From: Botryllus schlosseri
Taxonomy: Eukaryota
Assembly (NCBI GenBank): GCA_051294905.1
Contig: CM119371.1
Location: 33,172,001 to 33,236,000, forward strand
DNA: 64,000 nt
Reading direction: 5' to 3'
Shown here: positions 15,001 to 27,274 of the stretch, piece after piece
How positions within the stretch are numbered: the stretch's first letter is position 1
How the letters are laid out: each line of letters starts with the position of its first letter
Made by a program: the position numbers and the translations under genes
Notes under the pieces: model-generated
The model's input: only the letters and a program-made list of their open reading frames with translations
Databases searched by the model: none
What the model was told of the DNA's origin: nothing

Positions 15001-18000
15001 GCTAAAACGTGCTGGGTGGAACTATAATTTTATTATAAACTGCATTGTTATAGTGGCACAGAGCGTGTAATTTCAGTAGGCTGTCTTGAAAATAGTCACA
15101 TACTTGGCTCGAGTCATAAGAATTGATACTCGTTCGAGATTTGAGTAACCATACCAATGTGCTCAGCCCTACTGATTAGTCATTGTAGTGAGTAGAATGT
15201 GCGAATGGTCCAGCTTGAACTTCATTGTCTTTTTTTTACAGGATATTCTAGATTCCTGGCTTGGCTTCTTGACAAATGGCTTCACTACAAACATTATAAT
15301 ATCTTTGATTATTTAGATCGGCAATGTCTTCAATTGATAGTGTTCAACAACGTCAAGAACACTATACAAAGTATGTCTTGATGACTGGAACCAAAAACGT
15401 TCGGAAGAACTACTGCCACATGGAACAAGCGTTGCTGTAAAATCGTGGCTGCGTCATCCTCAGGAAAAAGTCAAAAGGTATAAAACATTGAATACACTTC
15501 ATGGAAACCAGAGGCTGTGAAAGTAATCATCTTTTGAACTGAAGTAGATGTAATGTTATGGATTTATACACACCTAGATGTAACAACTTTAAAGTTGCGT
15601 TGAATCTACTCGAAATGGAAGTAGATAATGCACTTCTGGAAAGTATACAAATAATAAGTTTGAAAAAGTAGATTTGGTCGAGGTGTTGCGTAGGCATCTT
15701 AGCGTTTAATCATAGTTGGTGGTCAAAGTACATATTGTTTGCACCGGAGTTTAAATAGTTGCAACGCCTTGAATTTCTACTGTACAATTAGCCATTTACC
15801 AGGCTTGTAAAATTCACTTCAAAATGAAGTAAAAAGTTCTAAAAGAAGATTTTGTGCTCTATTCTATCCCAGGGGTTCTTGAACAGGGCCCGTAGACCCT
15901 TTTGTGGTACGATATGCATCGTGGAATTAGACCTATATGCTGTGGTTCTCGTGCGATGCGCAATTTTATGTGAATTGACTATCTGATTTTAATATAAGTA
16001 CCATCAGAAATTGTGTTGAAAATAAATTTTGGGCTGCTAGAAATCTTATGAGTAGCATGAAGTGTGCGATCGCTAAGGCTAAGAAACAATGCTATTACTA
16101 TGGCTAAAGTTGTTGATATGTTCCAATAATAATCGAAGCCAACATCTAATTCTGAATTAATTTGACTTTGGTAATGACAGTAGCAACAGCCTACTTATCA
16201 CGACTATATCAAAACCCGGATTAGGCTACACCGCTCAAATGCTCTGATACCAGATCAAATTTCAGTAGATTTTAAAATACAACTGTGACACGTCAAAGGT
16301 CCACCAACTGAAATAGTATAACCCAGAGTTTGATGATGTCATGATGCATCCTATTGCATCATCTCTATAACTCATTATTTTAACAAATTATGTCCAGCAC
16401 AAAAATAATTTTATTGAAATATTCAAAACTGTGATTTTTTCGTGTCAAACGTGAATAATACAAAAGTAAATTATATTCTCGAGATGTTTGTGGAATGCCT
16501 GTCTGCAAGCTCCCGTCAAATAAGGCCTACATGGAAATTATACATTGAATATCCCTATCTTGCTGCGTCGTCAAAAATCCGGAAATTGACCTGCGACCAC
16601 ATTTGAATTTGAAGCCTCTGCTCTATATGATGTGACAACATTATGAACAAGGAAAAGTTGAAATATCTATCTCGTATGCGAATTCGAAGAAAATGAATAC
16701 CGGCTCTACATCATATCGAAGAATGTTTTTTAGATTTAAGATAATTCCTATTTTATTGTACTTTGAGACAATACATTTGTCATTCACACGATCGTGCGTA
16801 GCTACGTCCTACATGTGCCGTGTTCTGCGATATGACGAATCTATGTTTTTAGGCCTCGCAGTGGTACATAGAATCGGAATTCTAATTCTTGTTGAATACA
16901 ATTTATGTACCCTAAAAGATCATCTGTTTCGACTTATCGTTGCTCTATTCAGATTCGTGGCAAGCCCTAGTTGTAGTAGGTGATAAGTTCCAAATAAAGG
17001 TGGTCAAAGTATTCATCGTTAGTACCGTACTAAATAGTATAAATAGCGATTTACAAGACATCAAACTACTTCCAATTGTCGACATGGTCAAAATATGGAG
17101 ACTTGAGGAATGTCGTAGTTGTATGCTTTTAAACAGAGATAAGGAAAGCAATCATGTTCAGCACTCAATTAGAAATATTTGTAGCGTCAGTAGTCTAGTA
17201 CAAGTAAGAGTAACGCAATGTATTTCTACTCGGGTTCAAGCACTCAAGCAGCGATATACATGGCTTATCAAAACTATTTTAGGTAAAGTAGAAGTTCTGG
17301 AAAGTACTGAAGTATGTACTTGAGGTGTTTCCACAATATAATTCGATTGACGGGTTTCATACTCTGTATCACAACGTCAGAAGCTCCCGTACTCGAGTAG
17401 ACATTGTAGTATCGTCATAAATTATCACTCAGCACAAGTAGAAGTAGCGGATCACAATTAATGCATGAGGGAATAGAAATTGAAGCAGCTCTGACGCAAA
17501 TTTCATGTGCTATGTCAGCAGAGTGGCTCTACAAATGATTTGCTGACATTGTTGTATATGTTTCAGGCAAAACAAAGACCAAGAAGAAAACTGTTGTTGC
17601 AACCAAGTTTATTGCGAATACGCACTCGCGCTCTTAACATGATGCGGTGCAAATGATGCATTGTTTTATAATATGCAATGTAAATTTTACTTATGATTGC
17701 TCCATGCTTTTCCCTGTTTTAGTTGTATTAGCAGTTGTACTTTTTCAAAGTCATGTGACACGTTTATTTCTAATTTCATGATGCACTTCAATTGAAATGT
17801 TTGTAATGGTAATATATAATTGACTTAGAACTTGCTGTTATATGCAAAATCCCACTGACACATTTATTCGTAGTGATTTCCTGATCGATTTTTCACGTAA
17901 GCCTGAACTTTGTTTATCAGTAATAGTTCATTAGGTAATGTTGTACTTGTATTTTGCAATTGTCGTTTTACAGTAACCCAATATAAACAGTTCGTTAGTT

Positions 18001-21000
18001 TATATGATGTTGAATTCCATGTAATTGCACCAGGTTAGGAGGGGAGTCCTGATATGTTAATCCTGAGGAATAGAACAGGTGGTAAATGACATATCCATAA
18101 AGAGTCACGTCGCGTCCACAGTAGGTCTGACGCATCCATAGGGAGTCACGTCACGTTCACAGCAGATCCAATGAGTCCGTATGGAGTCGCTTCACGTCCA
18201 TAGTAGACCAACTAAGGAAGTGTTTAGGACGCTTCTAGTAGTCGACAAATCCACTCCAGGGAAGTAACACTGGGCGTCCTGCGTCTTTTCCGCAGGAAGT
18301 CAACTGGACATCGGGTGTTTGCTGGGTTCTTGGTTGATATGAATATTTAAATAAATATACTTGTATTTGAGAGCTACAAAATGAAATCGTCAGAATATTT
18401 CTTCAAGGTATCATAAAGGATGATACTGCTTAGTTTCGTTACTCATTCATGTTCATGTTCAAGTTATGAGCTAGTTGCAGTACTAAATTTATTGTGAGCA
18501 AACCTCTACCACATTCTCAGTTGATTTAGTAGTCACACAAAGCAATAAAACAAAACCCAATACAATTATACCTTCCTCGTATTACCAATCACAGAGGGAA
18601 GTTCGGGATGTCACATCGATCTCGAACCAAATGCTATAACCGTATGAGCCCGTAGACCAGTGGTTCTCAACCTTTTTGGCTTCGCGGACCCCTTTTGACC
18701 GTCACGGACCCTCGCGGACCCCTCAAGTTTTAGTTCAATTTTTTAGCTCTATTATGGTCGAATCGGCCCTGAATATAATACTGGAACCAAGTTTTTCAAC
18801 CTGAGAAAGACTGTCATGAAATGACTTATTCTGTTCGGGTTTGCATATATATTTACGAACAAACATTTTCGACCATAAACAATTGAACATTAACAAGACA
18901 AGGCTGCATACCAATATGACTGGTGACATAAATTTCAGGGTTGGAGCGTAATGCTTTGATAGCAACGAAACATTCCTTGTTCATCAAAAAATCAGCTTTG
19001 TCGATAGGGCATCCGCAATAAGAATGCGCCAAATCTGATAGCCGAGCTTCAAGAGCAGGTATATCATTGTCCGATTTATGACAAGTGTCAGCCGAAAATA
19101 CTCCGGTGTATTTCAATATGAATAATGAATATACTACTCAATTGTATATTAAGTTCTGTACCTCCAAGAAGCTCTTAAAATAGTGGTAATGTATATCACA
19201 GGATAAAATGGATTTCGTGGCGAGGTTTCAATCCCTGCATTGGGAAAAATTAGGGAAATACTTCGGAAATTTTTATTTAAAACGACTGTTCACTAATTTG
19301 ATGAGACTGACAACTTCAAATCGAGAAGACATTACGAAGTCACCTAGATTGACGTTACTATCTCCATATTTTTATTTTGTCAACAAACCCCAACAAAACG
19401 TCTCTAAACAGCAATATGTTTGTATCAGCAGGTTATGCGAAAATTGGCAATGAAAACGAATTTCCACACTACGATAGTTCATATCAGACGATTAATATGA
19501 TGATATGAGTCATGCCCATGAGGTTTTAGCAGTTGTGGTGCGAAACTGTCTCATGCTTTCTGAAATTGAAAAATAAAACAAAAATTACGTTATCAACCAT
19601 TTTAAAAATTTAGAGATCTCACGTACCCCCTGAAATTGCTTCGCGTACCCCCGCTTGAGAACCGCTGCCGTAGGCCTTACCCGATGGTTGTTATAACGAC
19701 CTGGATTTGATCCCGAAAATATCACATACAGTTATACCGTTTATTAGTCGAGTGGTCTAATAGTGAAGTCCCGACCCGAAACCGGCCACTTGCCCATAGG
19801 TTTTTACTACAGTTCTTAAAATAGTGGGAGGCGCCAGGCCCAGGAAATATTTGAAAGGGGGCGCTGGAGAAAAAAAAGGTTAAGAACCATGGTCGAAACC
19901 AGGGATGGAAAAACTTTTTACCCCGAGGACCCCACTCAAAATAGGAATCCACTCGCGGGCCGCATTATAGTAAAATCCGCATTGGAAGCCGAAACGCTAT
20001 ATTTTCTTCAATCAAATTGTAACCGGAGACATGCGGATATATATATACCGATAGCCTACTTTGAAAAAAATATATATCACTTTGGTGAAAACGAACATGC
20101 GTCGGCAACATAAACGAGATTTAGTAGTTTGACCCCCCTCAATAACCAAGTTGTTCAAGTTAGGGATGAAAGCATATATGTTGTGCCAAGTCTAAGAACA
20201 GGAATGAAATATGAATCCGTGATCAGCGATTGCGACTTTTGGTTTAGCTTAAAAAACACATTGTGCTGACACGGTCATAAACACGTGGTCACACTAATGG
20301 CTCATTATACCCTTACTGTGTTAGACTTGCCCTCTTCGCGTTATTTTGCGAAGACGGCAGCAACATAATTTACCTTTGTCTCAAACATTTTTTCTTTCGA
20401 TTGAGTTTGCACTTTGCACCCTACTACCATAATAACTTACCCATGTCACGACGAAGTATACGAAGAAAAAGTTTAATGAAGTCGTTGCATTGATTGATTC
20501 AAATTTTACTACTAGCAATTTGTATATTTTATAACGCTTCTCAGTGCTTTCGAGGGCCGCACAAAATGTTGTTGCGTGCCGTTGTTTGCCAACCCCTGCT
20601 CGAAACTATTTCTTGATCCTATATAACTAGCACCGTAACTGCAGCACCCAAAACTCCCAAATTAGGGGAGCGAGCTCCAAGGGGGCTCAACATTATTTCG
20701 TGAAGGAACATAAATTCTAAAATATTTGTTTTGCAAATATATGAAACATTTATTTGCCTTCGATTATTGGAACAGATCAATATCAACTTGAGTGCCATAG
20801 CAATATCAGTGTTTCTTGACCTTTTTAGCGATCGTAGCACTTGTGCTTTCAATAAGATTTTAACACAATTTCCGATGGTAGCGTGGTACCTATGTTAATA
20901 TCGAAAAGCTTATTTACCATCGTTCCCTATAATTTTTGACGAGTCTGCGCACACTCACCAACTCACTGCGCAGACCCTTGGACAACAGTGCGTAACGACT

Positions 21001-24000
21001 AAAAAAAGGTCATCACTTCGGATTTTTTTGTGTGCAACTTAAATATTCTGTGCGCAGAGACCGTATCAGCACAGCGCATTTCCGCACGTGCACAGCTTGG
21101 AGGCAACATTGCTATTCACATAAAATCGCGCCCGGCGCGAAAAATATTTTTCAGTTGCCTAAATTGGTCATGAAAATATTTCACTTTTTGTTGGTTTGCA
21201 AAATAATTTTGAAGCTCTTAAGCTCTCGATAGCATATGCCTAATTCCAGAATACATCTCGTAACCCTAATGTGGTGCTTCGTATACCGAAAGGGTTCACG
21301 GACCCCTGGCTAAGAACCCATTGAATGGAAGTGTCGAATCGCCGAAGAATCCATTGATGTTCAAGATGTGAAGCGTGGAATACTGCTATCTTAATCGCCA
21401 CCGGCAATAATAACATGGATAAGAGACCACAGATCATCGAAGGTGTAACTAACTGTGCCTCATGGGGACTACAGACGGCTAATGGTTTCCATACTGACCT
21501 GATTGGATAGCTATATATGCAACGCTAAGCTACGATCATTTGATACAGGCTATTACTATTCCCCATGACAATTTGATAGTTTGTGGGACCGTAGTCGTAC
21601 CAAGTCACTGCGTCCGATTCATAAGTCCTTGTCTAACGTTGGACCCGACTCAACTCGAGTCATTTTTATTTCATCACCCAGTCAGTCCGAATTGGAGTAA
21701 TTTTACGAACATTCGCGCCCAGGTCTAGATCGCAATTTTCAGTCATGAATCATCAACGGCCCAACGGGTAATGTTTTATCATCATGGAATAGAAATGTGA
21801 CATATTAGCTGATCTTCCACCGCATGGTCGCTTTTAAAAGTGATGTGAATAGGGTTGCATTTAAAACAAAAGGTATTTTAAAACAGTTTGTTTAAATCAT
21901 GATTTAAACACTGTTTTAAACAAATACCTTTAAAAATGTGTTTTTTTAATTGTAAAATTATGCCATAATTGTGTAAATACCTTCCAAACACGTGTTGTAT
22001 GAGCCTACAGAAAATTATCATCCGATATGGCCGACGTATATCGATATAGGATTGTTGGAACCCTCAAAATAGTCGGTTCAACAGCAATAGTGCAGATATT
22101 TCCTCAAAGAAGCTATATTTACCCTATATTTTCAATTGTCAATGCAAATCCAATATCACGTCACAATTTAATATTCGTGACGTTATGTCTTAAAAAAACA
22201 TGAAAACAATAAAAAACATGTTTTAAACCGGGGATTTCAGGTTTATTGAGTAGTTTTAGAGTCAACTTTAAGTTCTCAAATCTAGAAAAAAGATATGTGG
22301 CAGTGGAACATATTGTCGAATAGTTGAAAAGCCAAAATGCCGTCGCGGTCCGCGCACAATGTTCCCATGGGCCGTGTGTTTGAGACCCTTGTTTCAAACA
22401 ATGTTTGCAACAAATTTCTTTAAAAATACGTTGTCTAATCATGCCATAATTGCGTGAGTACTTTTGAAAAAATGTAATATGAGCATAGGGGGACTTGCAC
22501 CCAATATAGTCGACGTATTCGATGTGGAATGGTTGGAACCTTCGAAATCGTCGTCGGTTCAACAGTTATAGCACGTAGATATCAAATATTCGTAAACGGA
22601 ATGGATGTTCTGATGATGATGACCACCGACCGTCCGAATCAGTGGTTCTTAACCCTGATTTTGAAGGGGATGGAAACGCTCAGGGGGTGATATGGGGGGA
22701 GCTGGGCTTAGGGGGCCCGATATCGGGGACGCTGAAGAAATATGGCTTCGCAGTAGATGATGTGGTAGTAGGACATATTCTTAATAAGTTTCCAGAGCAA
22801 ATTAACATTCCACAAAACATGTTGAATCCCAAAAATTTTGGTCGCGCTATACGCGGCGATGTTTGCTACATATGTTTTCATAAATGTAGTGGGTTATTTT
22901 AATTCATGTAAAACGAATTGCGCGTGCTTTTAGATCGCCGATTTCCCGTTAGCACAATGCCGACACGCTTGCTGGGATCATTTTCAACAAAATGTTTAGA
23001 ATAAGGTTATACATCCCGCAGCCCACAGCGTGTGAAAATCGAAGAAGGAGGCACTGTATATCACTTTTCAGTTTTTAAGCTTGTGCACGAAATGAATAAC
23101 TAAATATACTTGTATTTGAGAGCTACAAAATTAAATCGTCAGAATATTTCTTCATCGTATCATAAAGGATGATACTATTTAGTGTTGTGGTTCACAGCCT
23201 CACATGAACCTTACATAATATCTGTTTCTTTGTTTGGAATACATTCATGTTAAATTTAATAACTGGGTACGGTACTAAATTCAATGTAAGCATATATATG
23301 CATCCCATTCTCAGTTGACTGACTTATAGTTACACAAATCACTAAGATAAAATCCAATACCATTAATTTCCCGTATTGCCAATCGCAGCAGATGTGAATT
23401 CGGGATGGTTCGAACCACAGGGTATGAGACCGTACCCCAAGTTGTGATAACAACATTGATTTGACCCTAAATGTAGGCTACCACATGCACACAATTAATA
23501 TATGGTTTATTATAGTCGAATGGTCCTCGAGCGCGATTAAAGCGCGAAATATTTCCAATACCAAAGTCCCGATAAGACCGACTGGATTTTGACCTCTTAG
23601 CAGGACCGGAGCTGCTGCAACATAAAATCCCAATCGGCGAGCTCGAAGGGTGCCCTAAATTATTTCGGTAAATAAACATAAATTACACATCATGATTTGA
23701 CGACTCTCCCACGAATGAATACGCATAATTATAGAAAAGAGAAATATGTAATTCGGCGTCGGCCATTACCACGCCACGATGCACAAAGACATATCAAGTT
23801 CCGGTCAATATGGGACTCCGAGGTGTGTCAAAAAGATCATCAACGAGAAAACCTTAGCCGAAGAGGATTGCCCTTATGTTGACCGTAAACTACGATTTAT
23901 ATAAGTCCATTTGTCCATAGGTGCTTAAATCGCTCGTGCCGAATTATCATGCTGTCGCAATCTGCACCCCACAGGAGAAATAACATCCATCAGAGGAAAT

Positions 24001-27000
24001 TATATGCCAGTGAATAAATACCGATATGAATCGTGCGCTTACTTTAGTTTAATACGTTTGCGCGTTTCAATGTCTTTTGACTATATAGCGGACAAGAGGT
24101 AACAAAATAACAACATGTAACGACTTAATTGTACCAGGCACGCCTGAGGCCTTCATTTTCCAATACAACAGCTGACTCAGCGCTACTGGTAAATCTGATT
24201 ACGTGGGATGAGAGGATAAAAAGTTTATAGCGACATATATATGCAATATGCTATTACCACATTCATTCATGCATTATAGAAAATGTTGGCACCTAGGGCG
24301 ACCAGGACATACAAACTTTGCTGACCATCGAAATTACGCGATGGGGTTCTTGGGGGCGAAGCCCTTACGAGGTTTGGTTTATCACGCAATGGGTGCGCAA
24401 GACAATCTTTTTTACGGGGCAGACGAAGTGATGTTACGACCCTCCCTCTTACCCTTCCTCTTTATTACAGTTCTTACAATATGACCGGGGCGCTGGAGCA
24501 CGATAATTTTTGAAATGGGGCGCTGGAGAAAAAAGGTTAAGAACCACTGGTCTAAATGCTGTACAACTATGTAGTCCTGGCTAATAATATTTTTGGTCTG
24601 ATTATGACAGTGGTAGGAAGCCCTTTTCGTTGAAAGAGCCGTATTTACCAAAATCGACTAGCTCTCGAACGTAAAATCGATCGGCGTTTACCTTTTTTTT
24701 TAATTTTTAGTCAACCTTGCCATCACTGCCATCGCGTCATTTATGGCATTTTTAAGTTGTAGGTGTACAATAGCATGGGCTCTCAATGTTATAAAGCAGG
24801 ACGAATTGCCAAGAAGGAAAATATTTTCGCTTTCTTTAATAAGGAAGACAAATCCTCCTTCCTGAGGACGTATGGTAAACCTACCGTCTGAGGTAACAAA
24901 GGCCCATGCTGGTGGCAGTAATCGAGCACTAATTAGTATTTAACCTTAACCTTTCAAATTTTCTGTACCTTGGAGGCTTGTTCATCCTTATTTTGATGAT
25001 CACGAATTCGGTATGGACTGAGATGCACAAGTTGCGTAAACGTTAAAAACTGTATCAATCAGAAAGGGTTGAAGAGCAGTGCTCTATACGTTCCTATCAT
25101 GAACATTCTCAATTACATTCACGATGAAGCTTGGGAATTGTCACAGGGTTATAAGAAGGATTTAAAATTTGAACCACCAAGTCTTCCTCCATGCATATCA
25201 TACTTAACTTAAATCACATTGATTATTGGTGGTAAAATAACCTAAATGTCCTCAATTTATAACATGACACTTGGAATGCTGTTTGGCGAATGGTGATGTT
25301 CATACTTCTGCGTTTTCTTCTGTTGATTACTATATATATTTCTTTCTTATAATTTTACTTATATAAATGGTTCCATATTGTACCCCTGTGAAATTCTACC
25401 GATGTACCACACCGTCTTGTTCAGAACAAAACCAACAATAAGTTATAAAATCGACTTTCTGCCCCTAAATTAACCTAAATTAGCTTTCAGTGCCATTAAT
25501 AACCTCTCTACCTATGCTGCGTACTACTTTTAAGCACCATAGACAAGATATACCCACCGAAAACGCGATAGAAAGGTAGCGATGTAAAGTCGCGCAGGTT
25601 ACCAAAATAATAATATCGTCATTTTTTAGACGGCAACCCGGGTGGTAACAAAGAGCGTCCGGATTGTTCGCCACTAAATCACTAATCCATCAATTACACC
25701 ACTAAATCACCGAACGGATATGTTTTCTTCTTGTAGGGTTTTTAAAATATTCACGTAGGCCTAGCCCTGTATCCAAATGGGCCCCACCTTCCCCTATACA
25801 CGAGAAGAAAAGCAATAGTGAGATTCGCAGACACGTTTGGTAAACGAAATTTTTGAGTTTATGGAAAACTTCCCTTCACAATAAACCTTGCTAAATTCAT
25901 TGTGTGCACCTTTACGCAACGGACTACAACGATGAACAACTTAGATATGCAATGTAGGGTATACAGTTTGACTCGCTGCAGAAATGTATTCGAATTGGTC
26001 ACTCCCATTCTAATCAGGTTGCTTCGTCTACCCTACTGCAAGTCAAGGTGGAACAATGATGTTGATTTATTCCAATTGCAGGAAAAAAAAATATATCACT
26101 GCAAGAGGTACCACAGGTGACAAATGAGGTGCTAAAGCCTCTGATAGACAAAAGCAAGCAGGCGTTGAAAGAGGCCATCGAGTTGATGAAACCAAAACTG
26201 ATTGTGACTCTGGGTGGATATGCAAAAGAAAGGTTTGACTTTAGTATGGAATACAATATTCGGATTCCATTACTTTATAAACGGGTTAGGTGTAGCACCG
26301 AATTGCTTATTCGATCTGTTTATATAACCGGTGGTTCAAAGTTTTTCCTGGATGGAATAAACAGTTCAAGCAAGAAGTTTAGTGAATTCCGCTATTCAGG
26401 GAATTTTCGCAATGGACCAACATATATAACATTCTGGCATCACACTCGATTTTTCGGACTCAAATCGAACTTCACTATTGACTTAAGGGCCAGGGCCACG
26501 ATTGCGCCCAATATTTGCGGGCGGATTCCGCCTCAACTCCATACAGCATATCAACTTTTCTCTAATACAGTATTTTATAGCATTAAAAAGGTAGGATGTA
26601 TATATGAACTAATGTAAAAATGATATGTGACGAGAAGCCTGCTGCCGGAAGGGCTTATAACGGTTTGAAAATGTCAAAATCGCAGTTTAAATTAACCACT
26701 TCTGAACGACACAGTCAGTACGCATAGAGATGCCGCAAAGTATTGGATGATAATGTGTAGCACATTTAGTAGCTATCCCTTGAATGCTATCATATAATAT
26801 TTTATCCGTGAATTCTTATGATATGAATACTAGTTTGTCACTTTAGTACTATAGTTTAGTAGTATAAATTTTCATCATGGTGCAGCAGCGTTTAGTTTAG
26901 TTCGATCTAATACCTAGTTTTTCAGTTATTGCTCACGGAAACCAACAGTTTGGTAATTACAAGGATCATGCAGGGGCATGTGCGGGATAGATCAGCATGT

Positions 27001-27274
27001 CTCACATCAATAACTCTATTTCTTGGTTCTAATAGAGATTTGAAGTCAGATGATGTGCGCCCGGCTTCCGCCTCTGCTTCAAACCACTTAAACTCGTCTC
27101 TAATATATTATTTTCCATAGCGTTGACAAGTGCAAAAGTGAAGAGAGAAGAATTGAAGTGATATCTATCGAGCACCCTTCTCCGAAAAACGGTAAAGGGA
27201 AAACCGACTGGATTCAATATGCGGAAGTTCAAATCGGTGTTCAAATTGATGAAGCAATCGGAAAGGCGCAATAG
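1..27274 (+). CDS. Spliced chimeric gene, 5' end outside window: PSMB7-like (proteasome beta-2) domain fused to SMUG1-like uracil-DNA glycosylase. join(<1..91,5389..5584,5650..5758,5975..6033,6951..7087,10295..10370,10437..10616,11051..11127,12167..12300,26082..26232,27121..27274)
   Basis: All 10 introns are GT..AG, intron phases match at every junction (2,0,1,0,2,0,0,2,1,2), there are no internal stops, and the frame ends at TAG 27272-27274. The translation follows PSMB7 motifs in order and then SMUG1 motifs in order. Confidence 0.8.
152..391. mobile_element. hAT-type MITE (TAGGGTTACCATA TIR family)
   Basis: TIRs taggcttaccata / tatggtaacccta; perfect 8-bp TSD ccttatat (144-151, 392-399). 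Confidence 0.85.
2000..2930. mobile_element. Truncated inverted copy of the 3061-4207 element
   Basis: For example 2692-2760 is the reverse complement of ~3450-3520; shares the (ga)ctccga repeats. Boundaries approximate. Confidence 0.7.
3061..4207. mobile_element. hAT-type non-autonomous element with GGAGTC subterminal repeats
   Basis: Ends cagggcagtgg / ccacaaccctg; TSD ccagtcac / gcagtcac. Confidence 0.78.
5389..5584 (+). CDS. PSMB7: PSMB7-like exon: [20 protein letters not shown]...[27 protein letters not shown]
   Basis: Acceptor tttcacag. Resembles [21 protein letters not shown]...VVTANRMLKQMLFRYQG. Donor gtagga at 5585 is weaker. Confidence 0.82.
5650..5758 (+). CDS. PSMB7: PSMB7-like exon: [36 protein letters not shown](G)
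   Basis: Acceptor ttttgatag, donor gtatat. Resembles [37 protein letters not shown]. Confidence 0.85.
5975..6033 (+). CDS. PSMB7: PSMB7-like exon: (G)[19 protein letters not shown]
   Basis: Acceptor ttcttttcag, donor gtaaga. Completes the GSGS (Ser129) motif. Confidence 0.87.
6437..6794. mobile_element. hAT-type MITE (TAGGGTTACCATA family)
   Basis: TIRs tagggttaccata / tatggtaacccaa; TSD tttaacag / tttaactg. Confidence 0.82.
6951..7087 (+). CDS. PSMB7: PSMB7-like exon: [45 protein letters not shown]
   Basis: Acceptor gatttcag. Resembles [33 protein letters not shown]. Donor AG|gtgctt at 7088. Confidence 0.88.
7745..8253. repeat. Dispersed repeat family (other copies near 21850-22230, 22385-22635, 30565-30935, 4210-4410)
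   Basis: Shared blocks such as tgtgacgtcacaa, attccgtaccaatgatctatat and tcgtcggttcaacag, in either orientation. Boundaries approximate. Confidence 0.65.
8527..10103 (+). mobile_element. Degenerate Chapaev3 (CMC)-like DNA transposon derivative
   Basis: Starts cactgggcaacaa and ends gttgaccagag; colinear with 28164-30082; remnant SAI.PMPHS transposase-like motif. Confidence 0.65.
10295..10370 (+). CDS. SMUG1: Junction exon / first helix of SMUG1-like domain: [25 protein letters not shown]
   Basis: Acceptor catatacag, with a phase-2 entry matching the preceding PSMB7 exon; donor AAG|gtgatg. The helix loosely resembles the SMUG1 N-terminal helix. Confidence 0.65.
10437..10616 (+). CDS. SMUG1: SMUG1-like exon: ...[41 protein letters not shown]
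   Basis: Resembles SMUG1 IYNPVEYAWEPHRNYV...VLFLGMNPG; donor gtaagt at 10617. The acceptor is uncertain: 10436 is preferred, and 10409 is also in frame. Confidence 0.85.
11051..11127 (+). CDS. SMUG1: SMUG1-like exon: [25 protein letters not shown](G)
   Basis: Acceptor ctttccag, donor gtaagt. Supplies the conserved PFG. Confidence 0.87.
12167..12300 (+). CDS. SMUG1: SMUG1-like exon: [44 protein letters not shown]
   Basis: Resembles [33 protein letters not shown]; acceptor cacatag, donor gtacgt. Confidence 0.87.
12861..18326. mobile_element. EnSpm/CACTA-like (CMC) element with CCC termini, degenerate
   Basis: TIRs cccagcaaacacccgat / atcgggtgtttgctggg; 2-bp TSD tt; absent at the equivalent site of the sister element (~23080); subterminal repeats; a remnant [12 protein letters not shown] (~15435-15470) resembles CACTA accessory ORFs. 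Confidence 0.72.
18092..18214. repeat. 3 x ~41-bp subterminal tandem repeat
   Basis: Unit approximately atccataRRgagtcacgtcRcgtYcacagYag..., repeated three times. Confidence 0.7.
18658..19667. mobile_element. hAT-type MITE (CAGTGGTTCTCAACC)
   Basis: Ends cagtggttctcaacc / cttgagaaccgctg; TSD ccgtagac / ccgtaggc. Confidence 0.8.
18920..19080 (-). pseudogene. Fragment of a Penelope-like retroelement ORF (region just upstream of RT)
   Basis: [18 protein letters not shown]...[18 protein letters not shown] resembles the segment preceding the 'KPDKG' motif of Penelope-like RTs; truncated. Confidence 0.5.
22640..24549. mobile_element. hAT-type element (CAGTGGTTCTTAACC family); contains a nested copy (~23598-24443) of the 46842-48099 family
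   Basis: TIRs cagtggttcttaacc / ggttaagaaccactg; degenerate TSD gtccgaat / gtctaaat. Confidence 0.75.
26082..26232 (+). CDS. SMUG1: SMUG1-like exon: (G)[49 protein letters not shown]
   Basis: Acceptor aattgcag after a 13.8-kb intron. Resembles GRNLTPAELP...[25 protein letters not shown]. Donor AG|gtttga. Confidence 0.85.
27121..27274 (+). CDS. SMUG1: SMUG1-like terminal exon: [39 protein letters not shown]...KAQ*
   Basis: Acceptor ttttccatag; UDG motif B HPSP and the downstream W are present; TAG stop. Confidence 0.88.

Larger units (their letters stand above)
12401..19891. mobile_element. hAT-type element (CAGTGGTTCTTAACC family) expanded to 7.5 kb by nested insertions
   Basis: Ends cagaggttcttaacc / ggttaagaaccatg; TSD ctcgaaac / gtcgaaac; internal segments match the copy at 22640-24549. 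Confidence 0.72.

Noticed and set aside
26233..26617. C-terminal part of the 166-aa ORF 26117..26617
   Set aside because: SMUG1 similarity stops at the donor at 26233 and resumes in exon 27121; the rest is intron read-through.
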